Position numbers and translations under genes: made by a program
In this document: piece by piece, positions 35,531-45,251 of the stretch
Position numbering within the stretch: position 1 is the first letter of the stretch
Layout of the letters: the number at the start of each line of letters is the position of its first letter
Notes under the pieces: generated by a model
Databases searched by the model: none
What the model saw: the letters and a program-made list of their open reading frames with translations, nothing else
What the model was told of the DNA's origin: nothing
NCBI RefSeq assembly: GCF_041897805.1
Contig: NZ_CP154825.1
Location: 4,786,024 to 4,850,023 of the forward strand
Reading direction: 5' to 3'
Length of the DNA stretch: 64,000 bases
From: Actinokineospora auranticolor
Lineage (GTDB): Bacteria > Actinomycetota > Actinomycetes > Mycobacteriales > Pseudonocardiaceae

Positions 35531-38500
35531 TCAGGACGACGGCGACTCCGCGGCGGCGCGGGCCGCCGGGTGCGTGTCGGCCAGCGGCGGCAGCGCGTAC
35601 GCGTGCAGCCTGCCCGCCTGGATCACGACCCGGATCCACTCGTCGGAGTGGTCGCGGATCAGCAGCGACGCCCGGTGCTCGCGGGTCGCGGCCAACGCCC
35701 GGCGGTCCGCGGGTGGCATCGGGCTGAACTCCGACTCGCTGTGCCGGATCCAGGCCTGGGTGTCGGCCTTGATCCCGTCGGCGAGGTCGCGCAGCGCCTG
35801 CTCGTGGGTCACCCCCGACTCGCGGGCCCGCCAGTACCGCAGCACGCGGTGGGCGTGGCCGACCATGCCGGTGGTGACACCGCCGCTGGTGAGCACGTGC
35901 CCGTTGCCGAAGGAGTCGCCCGCGACCACGGCGTTGGCCGCGACCACCGCGTCCGAGCCGATCCGCTCCACGAGGCGGAACAGCTTTGGCCCGTAGGTGA
36001 GCTGGATCTTGGCCAGCTCGGCCTTGGGGATCTCCAGCAGGTGCGCGGTCTGCTCCAGGAAGAAGTCCCGCATCAGCAGCTGGTGGGCGGCGAAGTACTT
36101 CGCGGTGTCCTTGGCGGTGCCCTCCGGCACCAGCCCCGCGAGCACCGGGTCGAAGGTCTTGAACTCCGGCACCTCGATCAGCACCCAGCCGACCTCGGCG
36201 TCGTCCTCGTGCCCGATCGCGATCTGGCGCGTGGTGTAGGCGGTGCCGTTGCGGTCGAACTCGGTGGACACCCGCCTGCGCACCCGGCTGTCGATGAACA
36301 CCTCGATCAGCCCGGCCAGGTAGTCCGCCTGCGCGGGCACCGGGCCGTTGCCGTCGCCGTGGTCGACGCGGACGTCGCGCTGGGTGAACCCGAGCCTGCG
36401 CGCGTCGGCGCCGGACTGGCCCTCGGCGATCACGATCAGACCGGGCACGCCCAGGTCGACGATCTCGGCGTTGTCCACCGCGACGCGGCGGAACTTGCCC
36501 TTGTGGTCGAGGCTGCGCACCATCTCCAGGCGCACCCGCAGCCTGCCGTCGGGCTGCCGCTCGAACCCGGTGGCGCCCTTGGCCGCGCGCCGCGGTTCGG
36601 TGAGCACGCGGTGGCTGGTGAACAGCCGCACGCGGGGCTCGCGGCCGGACGCGAGGTCCATGGCCTCCACGGCCTCCAGGTACCGGCGCAGGATCACCAG
36701 CACCTCCTCGGCGCCCGCGAGGAACGTCGGCCGGTCCGCCAGCACCTCGGCGAGGTCGCGGCCGAGCCGCGACGGGTCCGGGCCGGTGGGCGGCGTCATG
36801 CCGCCCAGGTCGGCGACGACCCGGTGCGGCCTGCCGTCGAGCCAGCGGTCGTCGACGTGCTCCTCGTGCAAGACCACGCCGCCGACGTGCGACTCCAGGT
36901 CGAACCCGCTGACCACCTCGTCGGCGGAGGCGTCGCCCGCCTCGGTCTCGGTGCTGTAGAGGCACTCCGCGAGCCGGAACAGGCTGCCGTCGCCGCGCTT
37001 GGGCACGCCGTCGGCGCCGTAGCGCTCCAGCATCAGCTGGTCGATGACGCCGAGGTGGTGGTAGATGTCGGCGTTGAGGTTCCAGTGCATGACCCCGTAC
37101 GACGGGTCGCCGCGCAGCTCGACACCGACGGCCCGCTTGCCCTCCGCGACCGACCACAGCATGCCCATCATCCCGGTGCCGCCGAGCCCGAGGGCCAGGT
37201 AGTCCGGGTCGCGCACGCCCGCGAGGTTGTGGTCGTGCGCGTCGACCGCGGTGTCGTCCAGGGACTTCGGCGCCGTCTTCGGCACCGCGGGCTGCACGAC
37301 GGTCATGCCCAGCACGGCGGCGACCAGCACGATCCCGGCCCCGACGAGGAACGCCAGCCGGTAGCCGGAGGTCAGCGCCTCCAGCGCGGGCACGCCGTCC
37401 GCCAGCGCGTCGCCGGTGCGCGCGCTGGACATCGCGGCCAGCACGGCCAGGCCGAGCGCGGGGCCCATCTGCTGGGTCGTGTTGACCAGACCGGAGCGCA
37501 CACCCGCGTCGCTGGTGGTGGCGTCGGCCATGGCGACCGTGATCACGGCGGGGAAGCACAGACCCGCGCCGGTGCCGAGCAGCAGCATCACCGGCAGCAC
37601 GTCCACCAGGTAGTCCCCGTCGACCGGGACCCTGGCGAACAGCGCCAGGCCCGCGACCATGAGGAGCATGCCCGGCACCAGCACGGCCTTGGCGTCGACC
37701 TTGTCCACCAGCTTCGGCGTGACCTTCAGCGACAGCGTCGCGATGGCCGCCGCGGCGGGCAGGAACGCCAGCCCGACCTCGGCGACGCTGAACCGCAGCA
37801 CGTTCTGCATGTACAGCGCGCCGAGGAAGAAGACCCCGGCGAACCCGGCCACCATCAGCGTCTGCACCAGGTTCGCCCAGCCGACGTTGCGGGCGCGGAA
37901 GATGCCCAGGGGCACCAACGGGTCCCGGGCCCGCGCCTGGTGCGCGACGAAGCCGAGCACCAGCGCGGTGGACACCGCGCACAGCACGATCGTGCGCGTC
38001 GAGCCCCAGCCGGTCTCCCCGGCCTGCACGATCGTGTAGACCCACAGCGACAGGCCCAGGGTGATCAGCAGACCGCCCAGCACGTCCGAGGTCTGCGCGT
38101 CGGTGTCGGCGGTGTTCTCGTCGAGCAGCCGCAGCGCCGCGACGATGGTCGCCGCGCCGAGGGGCAGGTTGACGAAGAAGATCCAGTGCCAGTTGATCGC
38201 CTCGGTGAGCGCGGCACCGGCCAGCAGGCCGAGCGAGGCGCCCGCCGCGGCCACGAAGGAGTAGACGCCGACCGCGCGGGCCTGCTCCCTCGGGCGGGGG
38301 AACATCGTCACGATCATGCCGAGCACCACCGCCGAGGCGGCGGCCCCGCCGATGCCCTGCGCGGCCCGGGCCGCGATCAGCACGGCCTGGCTGTTCGCCA
38401 GCCCGCAGGCCAGCGACGCGACCGTGAACACGGCCAATCCGCTGATGAACAGGCGTTTGCGACCTAAGAGGTCACCGAGTCGACCCGCCAGCAGCAGCAA

Positions 38501-38718
38501 CCCGCCGAAGGGGATCAGGTAGGCGTTGATCACCCACGCCAGGTCGGTCTGGGCGAACCCGAGGTCGGTCTGGATGGACGGCAGCGCGACGTTCACCACG
38601 GAACCGTCGAGGATGATCATCAGGGTGCCCGCGCAGAGCACGACGAGCGCCAACTGGCGCTCGCGCAGGCCGCGCAGCACGGGGACGGGCCGCAGCGCGG
38701 CCCCGGTCATCGCGTCCA
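35531..38718 (-). CDS. Apparent fusion: DHA2-type MFS transporter (N-terminal ~480 aa) plus FAD-dependent oxidoreductase domain (C-terminal ~590 aa)
   Basis: MFS signature LCAGTLMIILDGSVVNVALPSIQTDLGF with 14 predicted TM helices. It runs in frame, with no stop, into RDPDYLALGLGGTGMMGMLW (FAD GxGxxG)…AGDSFGNGHVLTSGG. The start overlaps the upstream paralog's stop (TGATG / GTGA). Confidence 0.6.
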
Positions 38719-40860
38719 TCACGCCCCCGCGTTCAGCGCCGGGGCGGCCAGGTCCGCCTGGCCGTTGCCGGTGGTCATCCCGGCCTCGTCCGCCATCACG
38801 TCCGAGGACTCCCCGGCCACCTCCCCCGACCCGCGCAGCGCGGGGTGGACCTGGCTGAGCGGGGGCAGCGACAGCGCGTGCGTGCGGCCGCTGCGGATCA
38901 CCAGGCGCCGCCAGTCCGACGGGTCGAGCGGCACCAGCGAGTGCCGGTGCCTGCGGGTGGCGTCGATCGTGTTCGCGCGGGCCTCGGTGGACTTGCCGCT
39001 GGCCGCGGAGATCCGCTCGATCCGCTCGGCGCCGAAGTTGATCGGCACGGCCTGGCTGAACTCCTGGGCGCTGACGTGCAGCCACCCGTCGGTGTCCGCC
39101 TTGATGCCGTCGGCCAACCCGCGCACCGCGGTCGGCTGGTCGGCGCCCGCCGCCCGGGCCTCCCAGTAGCGCAGCACCCGGGCGCCGTGGCCGACCATGC
39201 CGGTGATGGCGCCGCCGCTGGTCAGGAAGTGGCCGTTGCCGAAGGAGTCGCCCGCGACGACGCCGTTGGCCGCCACCAGCGCGTCCGCGCCGACCTGCTC
39301 GACCAGGCTGAACAGCTTGGGGCCGTAGGGGATCTGCACCGACTCCAGTTCCTCGCGCGGGATCTCCACGATGTGCGAGACCTGCTCGAGGTAGAAGTCG
39401 CGCAGCAGGTACTGGTACGCGGCGAAGTACTCCGGCGCCTTGCGGTCGGTGCCCGGGGGCACCAGTCCGGCCAGGATCGGGTCGAAGGTCTTGAAGTCGG
39501 GTACCTGCACCAGGATCCAGCCCACCTCGGGGTCGTCCTGGTGGCCCACGGCGATCTGCCGCACCCAGTACTCGTTGCCCTGCTTGTCGAACTCCGACGC
39601 GATGCGCCTGCGCAGCCGCCCGTCGACCAGGACCTCCATCAGCCCGGCCAGGTAGTCGGCCTGGGCCACCACGGGGCCGCGGCCGTCCTGGTGGTCCACC
39701 TTGACCTCCTCCTGGCGGAAGCCGAGGCGGGTGGCGTCGGTGCTGTCGAAGCCCTGCGCGATCATGAACAGCTCGGGCACGCCGAGGTCGAGCACCTCGG
39801 TGCCGGGCACCCGCACGCGGCGGAACTTGCCCTTGTAGTCCAGCTCGCGGATCTGCTCGATCCGCACGCCCATCCGGCCGTCGCGCTGCGGCGTGAAGCC
39901 CTCGTCGCGGCGCAGCCAGTTCAGGTAGCCGCCGTCGTCGTTCGGCGTCACCACGCGGTGGCTGGTGAACAACCGGACCCGGGGCCGCGCGCCGCGCTCG
40001 AGGTCCATCCGCTCGATCGCCTCGAGGTAGCGGCGCTGGAGGATGAGCACCTCGGAGGCGCCCGCCTGGAACGTGGAGGGTCCGTCGAGGACCTCCACCA
40101 TCGGCCTGCCGATCTTGGACGGGTCGTGGTCGGTCGGCGGCAGCGCGGAGTCCACGACGGTCACCACGCGCTGCGGTCGGCCGTCGGCCCAGCGGTCGTC
40201 GATGAACTCGGTGTGGTGGATGATGCCGGACACGTGCGCGTCCTCGCCGATGTGCGAGTCGAGGAAGCCGGTGACGACCTCGTCCGCGGCGACCGCGCCC
40301 GCGGCGGTGTCGGGGTGGTAGAAGCACTCGGCGAGCAGGAACGGGGTGCCGTTGCCGCGCTTGGGCACGCCGTCGGCGCCGTAGCGCTCCAGCATCATCT
40401 GGTCGATCAGTCCGAAGTGGTGGTACAGGTCCTCGCGGATGTTCCAGTGCACGCCGAGCGACGGGTCGCCGCGCATCTCCACGCCGACCGCGCGCTTGCC
40501 CATGGCGACCGTCCACAGCATCGCCATCATGTTGGTGCCGCCCAGGCCGAGCGCGAGGAAGTCCGGGTCGCGGACCAGCGCGGCGTCGGCGGCGTCCGCG
40601 GCGGCGGAGTTGTCCACGGTGGTGCCGTCCAGGTCACCGGGCACCGGGGCGGCCGAACGGGCCAGCTGGACGAGGAAAGCCGCGATCAGGGCGGCGAAGG
40701 CGGTACAGGCCCCGATGAGCAGCGCGGTGCGGGCGGTGCCCGCTTGCACAAGACCCGCGGCCCCAAGAGCGACAGCAACGGAGGCGAGCGCCCCCAGTAC
40801 CGCCTTGCGCGCGGGCGTGGCCCACGCGCGTCTCCAAGCAGGCCTTGCGGACTTGGCCAT
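38719..40860 (-). CDS. Membrane-anchored FAD-dependent oxidoreductase (paralog of the C-terminal half of the downstream gene)
   Basis: 713 aa. N-terminal hydrophobic helices (TALLIGACTAFAALIAAFLV), then RDPDFLALGLGGTNMMAMLW…AGDSFGNGHFLTSGG. About 70% identical to the downstream flavoprotein domain across its length. Confidence 0.7.
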   Translation of the reverse strand: MAKSARPAWRRAWATPARKAVLGALASVAVALGAAGLVQAGTARTALLIGACTAFAALIAAFLVQLARSAAPVPGDLDGTTVDNSAAADAADAALVRDPDFLALGLGGTNMMAMLWTVAMGKRAVGVEMRGDPSLGVHWNIREDLYHHFGLIDQMMLERYGADGVPKRGNGTPFLLAECFYHPDTAAGAVAADEVVTGFLDSHIGEDAHVSGIIHHTEFIDDRWADGRPQRVVTVVDSALPPTDHDPSKIGRPMVEVLDGPSTFQAGASEVLILQRRYLEAIERMDLERGARPRVRLFTSHRVVTPNDDGGYLNWLRRDEGFTPQRDGRMGVRIEQIRELDYKGKFRRVRVPGTEVLDLGVPELFMIAQGFDSTDATRLGFRQEEVKVDHQDGRGPVVAQADYLAGLMEVLVDGRLRRRIASEFDKQGNEYWVRQIAVGHQDDPEVGWILVQVPDFKTFDPILAGLVPPGTDRKAPEYFAAYQYLLRDFYLEQVSHIVEIPREELESVQIPYGPKLFSLVEQVGADALVAANGVVAGDSFGNGHFLTSGGAITGMVGHGARVLRYWEARAAGADQPTAVRGLADGIKADTDGWLHVSAQEFSQAVPINFGAERIERISAASGKSTEARANTIDATRRHRHSLVPLDPSDWRRLVIRSGRTHALSLPPLSQVHPALRGSGEVAGESSDVMADEAGMTTGNGQADLAAPALNAGA

Positions 40861-41378
40861 TGTGCACAGTCCTTCGCGTCAGGAACCGGTGACGAACGCG
40901 CCCGAGTGGACGCGCGGGGAGTCGAAAATGAGTCACCAACCGGTCGGCGGCAGGTGCCGTGAGAGGTCAACTCTCCGCGCTGCCAACAGGTGGGCGAAAA
41001 CCACAGGTCACCTCCCCTACTCCGAGTATAGGCAGCGCTCCCCGACTGTCGCGTGTGTTTCGCGCAAACAACCCGACTGTTACACACGGGACGGCGTTGG
41101 TCCAAAAGGACGCAACCGCGCGGATTTCCGCCGAACGTCCTAACCGGTGCGGTCCAAGGAGAGCAGCGACACCGCCCCGGGTTTTCGCTATGTTGGGCCG
41201 CACCCGAGCGGCCTGGCGAAAAACCGGCGGTGACCATCGTCGACTGTCGAAATTGGCCTACCGGTTAACCGGGTAACGAATTCGCTTACCACCACGACGA
41301 CCCCAAGACGATCCACCGGTGACAATCGGCCGCACGCCCCGGCCGCGATCCCCGGCAGCAGCGCGCGGCCCGACCGGC

Positions 41379-41398
41379 GACGGGTCGCGCGACCCGTC
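41379..41398. promoter_or_regulatory. 20-bp perfect palindrome in the kamA leader (candidate operator or leader hairpin)
   Basis: GACGGGTCGC|GCGACCCGTC, flanked by repeated CCGGCGACGGG. Lies about 65 nt upstream of the kamA ATG. Confidence 0.3.
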
Positions 41399-41462
41399 CG
41401 GCGACGGGCGCGGTGCCCGGGCGGTGTCCCGCCACGTCCCTCCGAGAGATTCGAGTAGGCGC

Positions 41463-42428
41463 ATGACTGAAGCTCGCTTCGCGGAAAAGACCACGCCGTA
41501 CCTGCTGGAACTGGCCGAGCGCAGCGACGCCGTCCGCAAGATGTACGTCTACGACCCGGCGCACGAGGACATCCCCGCCGACATCGAACGGGACCTGCTC
41601 AGCGAGAAGGCCAACACCGCCGTGCCCGGCGGGGTGCGCAAGTTCGACGGACGCCTGCTGGTACTGCTCTCGTACACCTGCGGCGCCAACTGCCGCTACT
41701 GCGAGCGGCAGGACCGGGTCGGCGTCGGCCTCGACCGCCTGGGGCGGTTGGGGACCGCGCAGATCGACACCATCGTCGACTACGTCAAGCAGGACGGCGA
41801 GCTGCACGACATCATCGCCAGCGGCGGCGACCCGCTGATCAACCCCAAGGGGTTGGAGTACCTGTTCACCTCGCTGGCCGAGGTCGAGCACGTCAAGGTC
41901 ATGCGGATCCACACCAGGTTCCCGGTGCAGTCCCCGGGCCAGGTCAACCTCGACCTCATGCGCAAGCTGGCCACCTTGCGGCCGACGATGTACCTGAGCC
42001 TGCACATCTCCCACCCGGACGAGCTGACGCCCGAGGTGGAGGACCTGATCGCCCAGTTCCGCGCGATGGGCTACCTCCTCATCTGCCAGAGCGTGTTCCT
42101 CAAGGGCGTCAACGACGACGTCGAGGTCCTGTACCGCCTCTACACCAGGCTGTTCCAGCTGGGGGTGCGGCCGTACTACCTCTACCACTGCCAGCGCATC
42201 CCGACCACGGCCCGGTTCGAGATGGACCTGCGCGACGAGGTGGCGATCATGTCGCGGCTGCGCGAGCGGCTCGACGGCCTCGCCTTCCCGCAGCACGTCA
42301 TCGACATGCCCGCCGCGCGCGGCAAGGTGCTGGTCCCGACGAACCACTGGGACTTCGACCTGGGGCACGTCACCGACTTCGACGGGCTGACCCTCAGCAC
42401 GGAGACCTGGAAGGCGCGCGAGGACTGA
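41463..42428 (+). CDS. KamA-family radical SAM protein (lysine 2,3-aminomutase-like)
   Basis: Radical-SAM CxxxCxxC motif LLSYTCGANCRYCER. KamA-type ASGGDPL motif and C-terminal Zn-binding region. Start at MTEARFAEKTTPYLL. Confidence 0.85.
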   Translation: MTEARFAEKTTPYLLELAERSDAVRKMYVYDPAHEDIPADIERDLLSEKANTAVPGGVRKFDGRLLVLLSYTCGANCRYCERQDRVGVGLDRLGRLGTAQIDTIVDYVKQDGELHDIIASGGDPLINPKGLEYLFTSLAEVEHVKVMRIHTRFPVQSPGQVNLDLMRKLATLRPTMYLSLHISHPDELTPEVEDLIAQFRAMGYLLICQSVFLKGVNDDVEVLYRLYTRLFQLGVRPYYLYHCQRIPTTARFEMDLRDEVAIMSRLRERLDGLAFPQHVIDMPAARGKVLVPTNHWDFDLGHVTDFDGLTLSTETWKARED

Positions 42429-42463
42429 GCGGTGGGCGGAAGGGGGAGCGGGGTGGGAGACCG

Positions 42464-43936
42464 GTGAGCGCGGAGAACCCGCACGAGAGCGGGATTCGGG
42501 ACGGGGGTGTCCACATGAGCGGTGTCCACAAGGGCAAGGACGTCCGCACCGGCGCACATCCCCGCGAGGGCAAGGTGAACGGTGCTCACGTAGGTGCCGG
42601 GCGCGTGGGTGACGTGCACGTCGGCAACGTGGTCGAGTTCCACGACGCGATGCTGCCCGAAGGGGTACCGGACGACGTCCGCGCGGACGTCGCCGCCGGG
42701 GACCTGGGCTACGCCTGCCTGGCGCCGTTCCACTCCCCCGACCCCGGGTTGGTCCTGGTGCCGGAGTTCGACGGCGAACCGTGGTGGGAGCGCCAGGTGG
42801 CGCTGCTGGGGTGGGACCGGTTCGAGCCGGTCACCGTGCCGGGGCCGCTGGGGCCGGGGTTCGCCGCGCTGGGCGCGGACCCGGTGCTGTCCGCGCGGGT
42901 GCGCGCGGCGGTCGACGCGGGCGCGCGGCTCATCCCGTGGGGCGAGAGCGCGCCGTACCGGGAGTACGCGCGGGACCTGCCGGAAGCCGCCGCGGTGCGG
43001 TCCACCGACGCCGCGTTACCCGCGTTCGCCGAGTCCAAGGCCTCCAGCCCCGAGCTGTTCGCCAAGGCGCACAACGCGCTGGACTCCCCCGACGGGATCC
43101 ACCTGACCGGGGAGCGGCTCTGCGAGTCCGAACCGGACCTGGTCGCGACCCTGGTCGACGCGGGCGCGCGCGGCCGGACCGTGGTCCTCAAGGCGCCGTT
43201 CGGCGTCGGCGGCTACGGCACGGCCGTGCTGTCCCCGCACCGGACGTCGACCCGCCGCGCGGTGCTCGAAACGCTGGCGCGCCTGCGCGAAGACGACACG
43301 TTCCACAACGGACTGCCCACGATCGTGCAGGACTACCAGTGGCGTTCCGACCTCCCATGGTCGGATGTCAGCGGCGACTGCACCATCGACCACCTGGGAC
43401 GGGTGCGCCTGGAGGGCGTGACGGCCATGGCGATGAACGGCACCCAGTTCGCGGGCGGGGTCACCGACGACGGCGTGGTGATCGCGCCCGCGCGCTCGGC
43501 GTTGCTGTCCGCGTTCTGCGTCGCGGTCGGCGAGCAGCTCGCGCTGGTGGGCTACCGCGGGTGGTTCGACATCGACTTCCTCGTGCGGCCGACCGGTGAG
43601 CTGGTGCCGCTGGAGATCAACGCCCGGCGCACCGGCACCACCGCGCCGCTCAGCGTCCAGACCTGCCTGCGCGCGCGGCGCGGCCGGGACGTGACGGTCA
43701 TCAGCCGGGACGTGATCGCGCTGCCGAGCCGCCACGCCTCCCGGCCCGCCTTCGCCCGCTTCGCCCGCGCGGTCGAGCTGGCCGGGCTGGCCGCGGACGT
43801 GGTGCCCACGCTCGTCGCGGGCACCGACGCGGCCCTGCCGCACCTGGGTGTCGTCGTGGCCGCCGACGACGCGGCCGACGCGGTGCGCAAGCTCGCGCAC
43901 TGCGTGGACGCGCTGGTCACGGAGTTCCGGAGTTGA
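42464..43936 (+). CDS. ATP-grasp domain protein (candidate amino-acid/β-lysine ligase)
   Basis: ATP-grasp segments RTVVLKAPFGVGGYGTAVL and GYRGWFDIDFLVRPTGELVPLEINARRTG. N-terminus carries short VH.G-type repeats. Confidence 0.75.
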   Translation: MSAENPHESGIRDGGVHMSGVHKGKDVRTGAHPREGKVNGAHVGAGRVGDVHVGNVVEFHDAMLPEGVPDDVRADVAAGDLGYACLAPFHSPDPGLVLVPEFDGEPWWERQVALLGWDRFEPVTVPGPLGPGFAALGADPVLSARVRAAVDAGARLIPWGESAPYREYARDLPEAAAVRSTDAALPAFAESKASSPELFAKAHNALDSPDGIHLTGERLCESEPDLVATLVDAGARGRTVVLKAPFGVGGYGTAVLSPHRTSTRRAVLETLARLREDDTFHNGLPTIVQDYQWRSDLPWSDVSGDCTIDHLGRVRLEGVTAMAMNGTQFAGGVTDDGVVIAPARSALLSAFCVAVGEQLALVGYRGWFDIDFLVRPTGELVPLEINARRTGTTAPLSVQTCLRARRGRDVTVISRDVIALPSRHASRPAFARFARAVELAGLAADVVPTLVAGTDAALPHLGVVVAADDAADAVRKLAHCVDALVTEFRS

Positions 43937-43985
43937 CCGCGCCGGGAGCGCGGGACGTGGGTTTGACGAGTCGACAGGAGAACCG

Positions 43986-45251
43986 ATGAGCCGACTGGCA
44001 CTGCACGGCGGACCCCGGGTCCGCGCGGACAAGCGCTGGGCGCGCTGGCCCCAGTACGACACCGCGACCGAGCAGGAGGTGGTCGCCGCGCTGCGCTCGG
44101 GCCGCTGGGCGATCAGCTGGCCAAGCGACGGCACCACGGCCCGCGAGCGGCGCTTCGCCGAGGACTGGGCCCGCTACAACGACGTCCCCCACTGCGTCAG
44201 CGTCGACCACGGCTCCAGCGCGCTGCTGGTGGCGTTGGAGGCGCTGGACATCGGGCCCGGCGACGAGGTCATCGTGCCCACCATGACCTGGGTCGCGCCG
44301 GTGACCGCGGTGCTGCGCGTCGGCGCGCTGCCGGTGCTGGCCGACGTCGACCCGGTGACCGGGTGCGTCACGCCGGAGACCATCGCCGCCTGCCGGTCCG
44401 GGCGCACGAAGGCGATCATCGTCGTGCACCTCGGCGCGACCGTCGCCGACCTGGACGGGATCCTCGCGGTGGCCGGTGACGTCCCGGTCGTCGAGGACTG
44501 CGCCCAGGCGCACGGCGCGCGCTGGCGGGGCCGCAACGTCGGCACGTACGGCGCGCTCGGGGTGTTCAGCTTCCAGAACGGCAAGGTGCTGGCCGCGGGC
44601 GAGGGCGGCGCCGTGATCACCTCGGACCCGGTGCTGTACCGGCGGGCCCAGCAGCTGCGCGCCGACTCCCGCCGCTACCCCGACCACCCGGTGCCCGAGG
44701 GCACGATGGAGCTGGTCGAGGACGGCGAGGTCATGGGCGCCAACTACTGCATGTCGGAGCTGTCGGCGGCGGTGCTGCTCGACCAGCTGCCGCGGTTGGA
44801 CACCCAGCACCTGCACCGGGAGAAGATCGCGGGCGAGTTGGAGCGCGGCCTGGCCGAGCTCGGCGGGTTCGGCCCGATCCCGGTGCCCGAGGAGGTCGAC
44901 CGGCGGTCCATCTACGAGTACGGCATCAGCTACGCCGAGGACGCCTTCGGCGGCGCGCCCGCCGAGAAGGTCGCCGAGGCGATCACCGCCGAGCTGGGCT
45001 TCGCGGTCTACCCGCCGGACCCTCCGCTCAACGACAGCGTGATGCTGCGGCCGTTCACCAAGCGCCGCTTCGCGCAGATCTGGTCCGAGGAGGGGCAGCG
45101 GCGGGCGATCGGCCGGGAGTTCCCCGGCGCGGAGCGGTTCCGGCGGTCCGCGCTGCTGTTCCACCACGGCGTGCTGCTGGGCGACAGCGCCGACGCGGCC
45201 GACATCGTGGCCGCGGTCGCCAAGGTCCGCGACCACGCCCACGAGCTGTGA
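43986..45251 (+). CDS. DegT/DnrJ/EryC1/StrS-family PLP-dependent (sugar) aminotransferase
   Basis: ATG after AGGAGAA. CVSVDHGSSALLVALEAL…VIVPTMTWVAP…DCAQAHGAR (PLP-Lys region). 421 aa. Confidence 0.85.
   Translation: MSRLALHGGPRVRADKRWARWPQYDTATEQEVVAALRSGRWAISWPSDGTTARERRFAEDWARYNDVPHCVSVDHGSSALLVALEALDIGPGDEVIVPTMTWVAPVTAVLRVGALPVLADVDPVTGCVTPETIAACRSGRTKAIIVVHLGATVADLDGILAVAGDVPVVEDCAQAHGARWRGRNVGTYGALGVFSFQNGKVLAAGEGGAVITSDPVLYRRAQQLRADSRRYPDHPVPEGTMELVEDGEVMGANYCMSELSAAVLLDQLPRLDTQHLHREKIAGELERGLAELGGFGPIPVPEEVDRRSIYEYGISYAEDAFGGAPAEKVAEAITAELGFAVYPPDPPLNDSVMLRPFTKRRFAQIWSEEGQRRAIGREFPGAERFRRSALLFHHGVLLGDSADAADIVAAVAKVRDHAHEL

Noticed and set aside
32577-35996. 1139-aa plus-strand ORF across the flotillin, NfeD and antiporter loci
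   Set aside because: Antisense artefact. The flotillin, NfeD and CPA2 signatures on the minus strand are unambiguous.
35520-38045. 841-aa minus-strand ORF (Arg/Gly-rich) overlapping the MFS–flavoprotein gene in another frame
   Set aside because: No motifs and extreme Arg/Gly content. The alternative frame carries clear MFS and FAD-binding signatures.
42464-42600. Short imperfect pentapeptide-like repeats (GVH / VH.G) at the N-terminus of the ATP-grasp protein
   Set aside because: Too few and too degenerate to call a repeat domain. Possibly just a low-complexity linker, or the true start is at the second Met.
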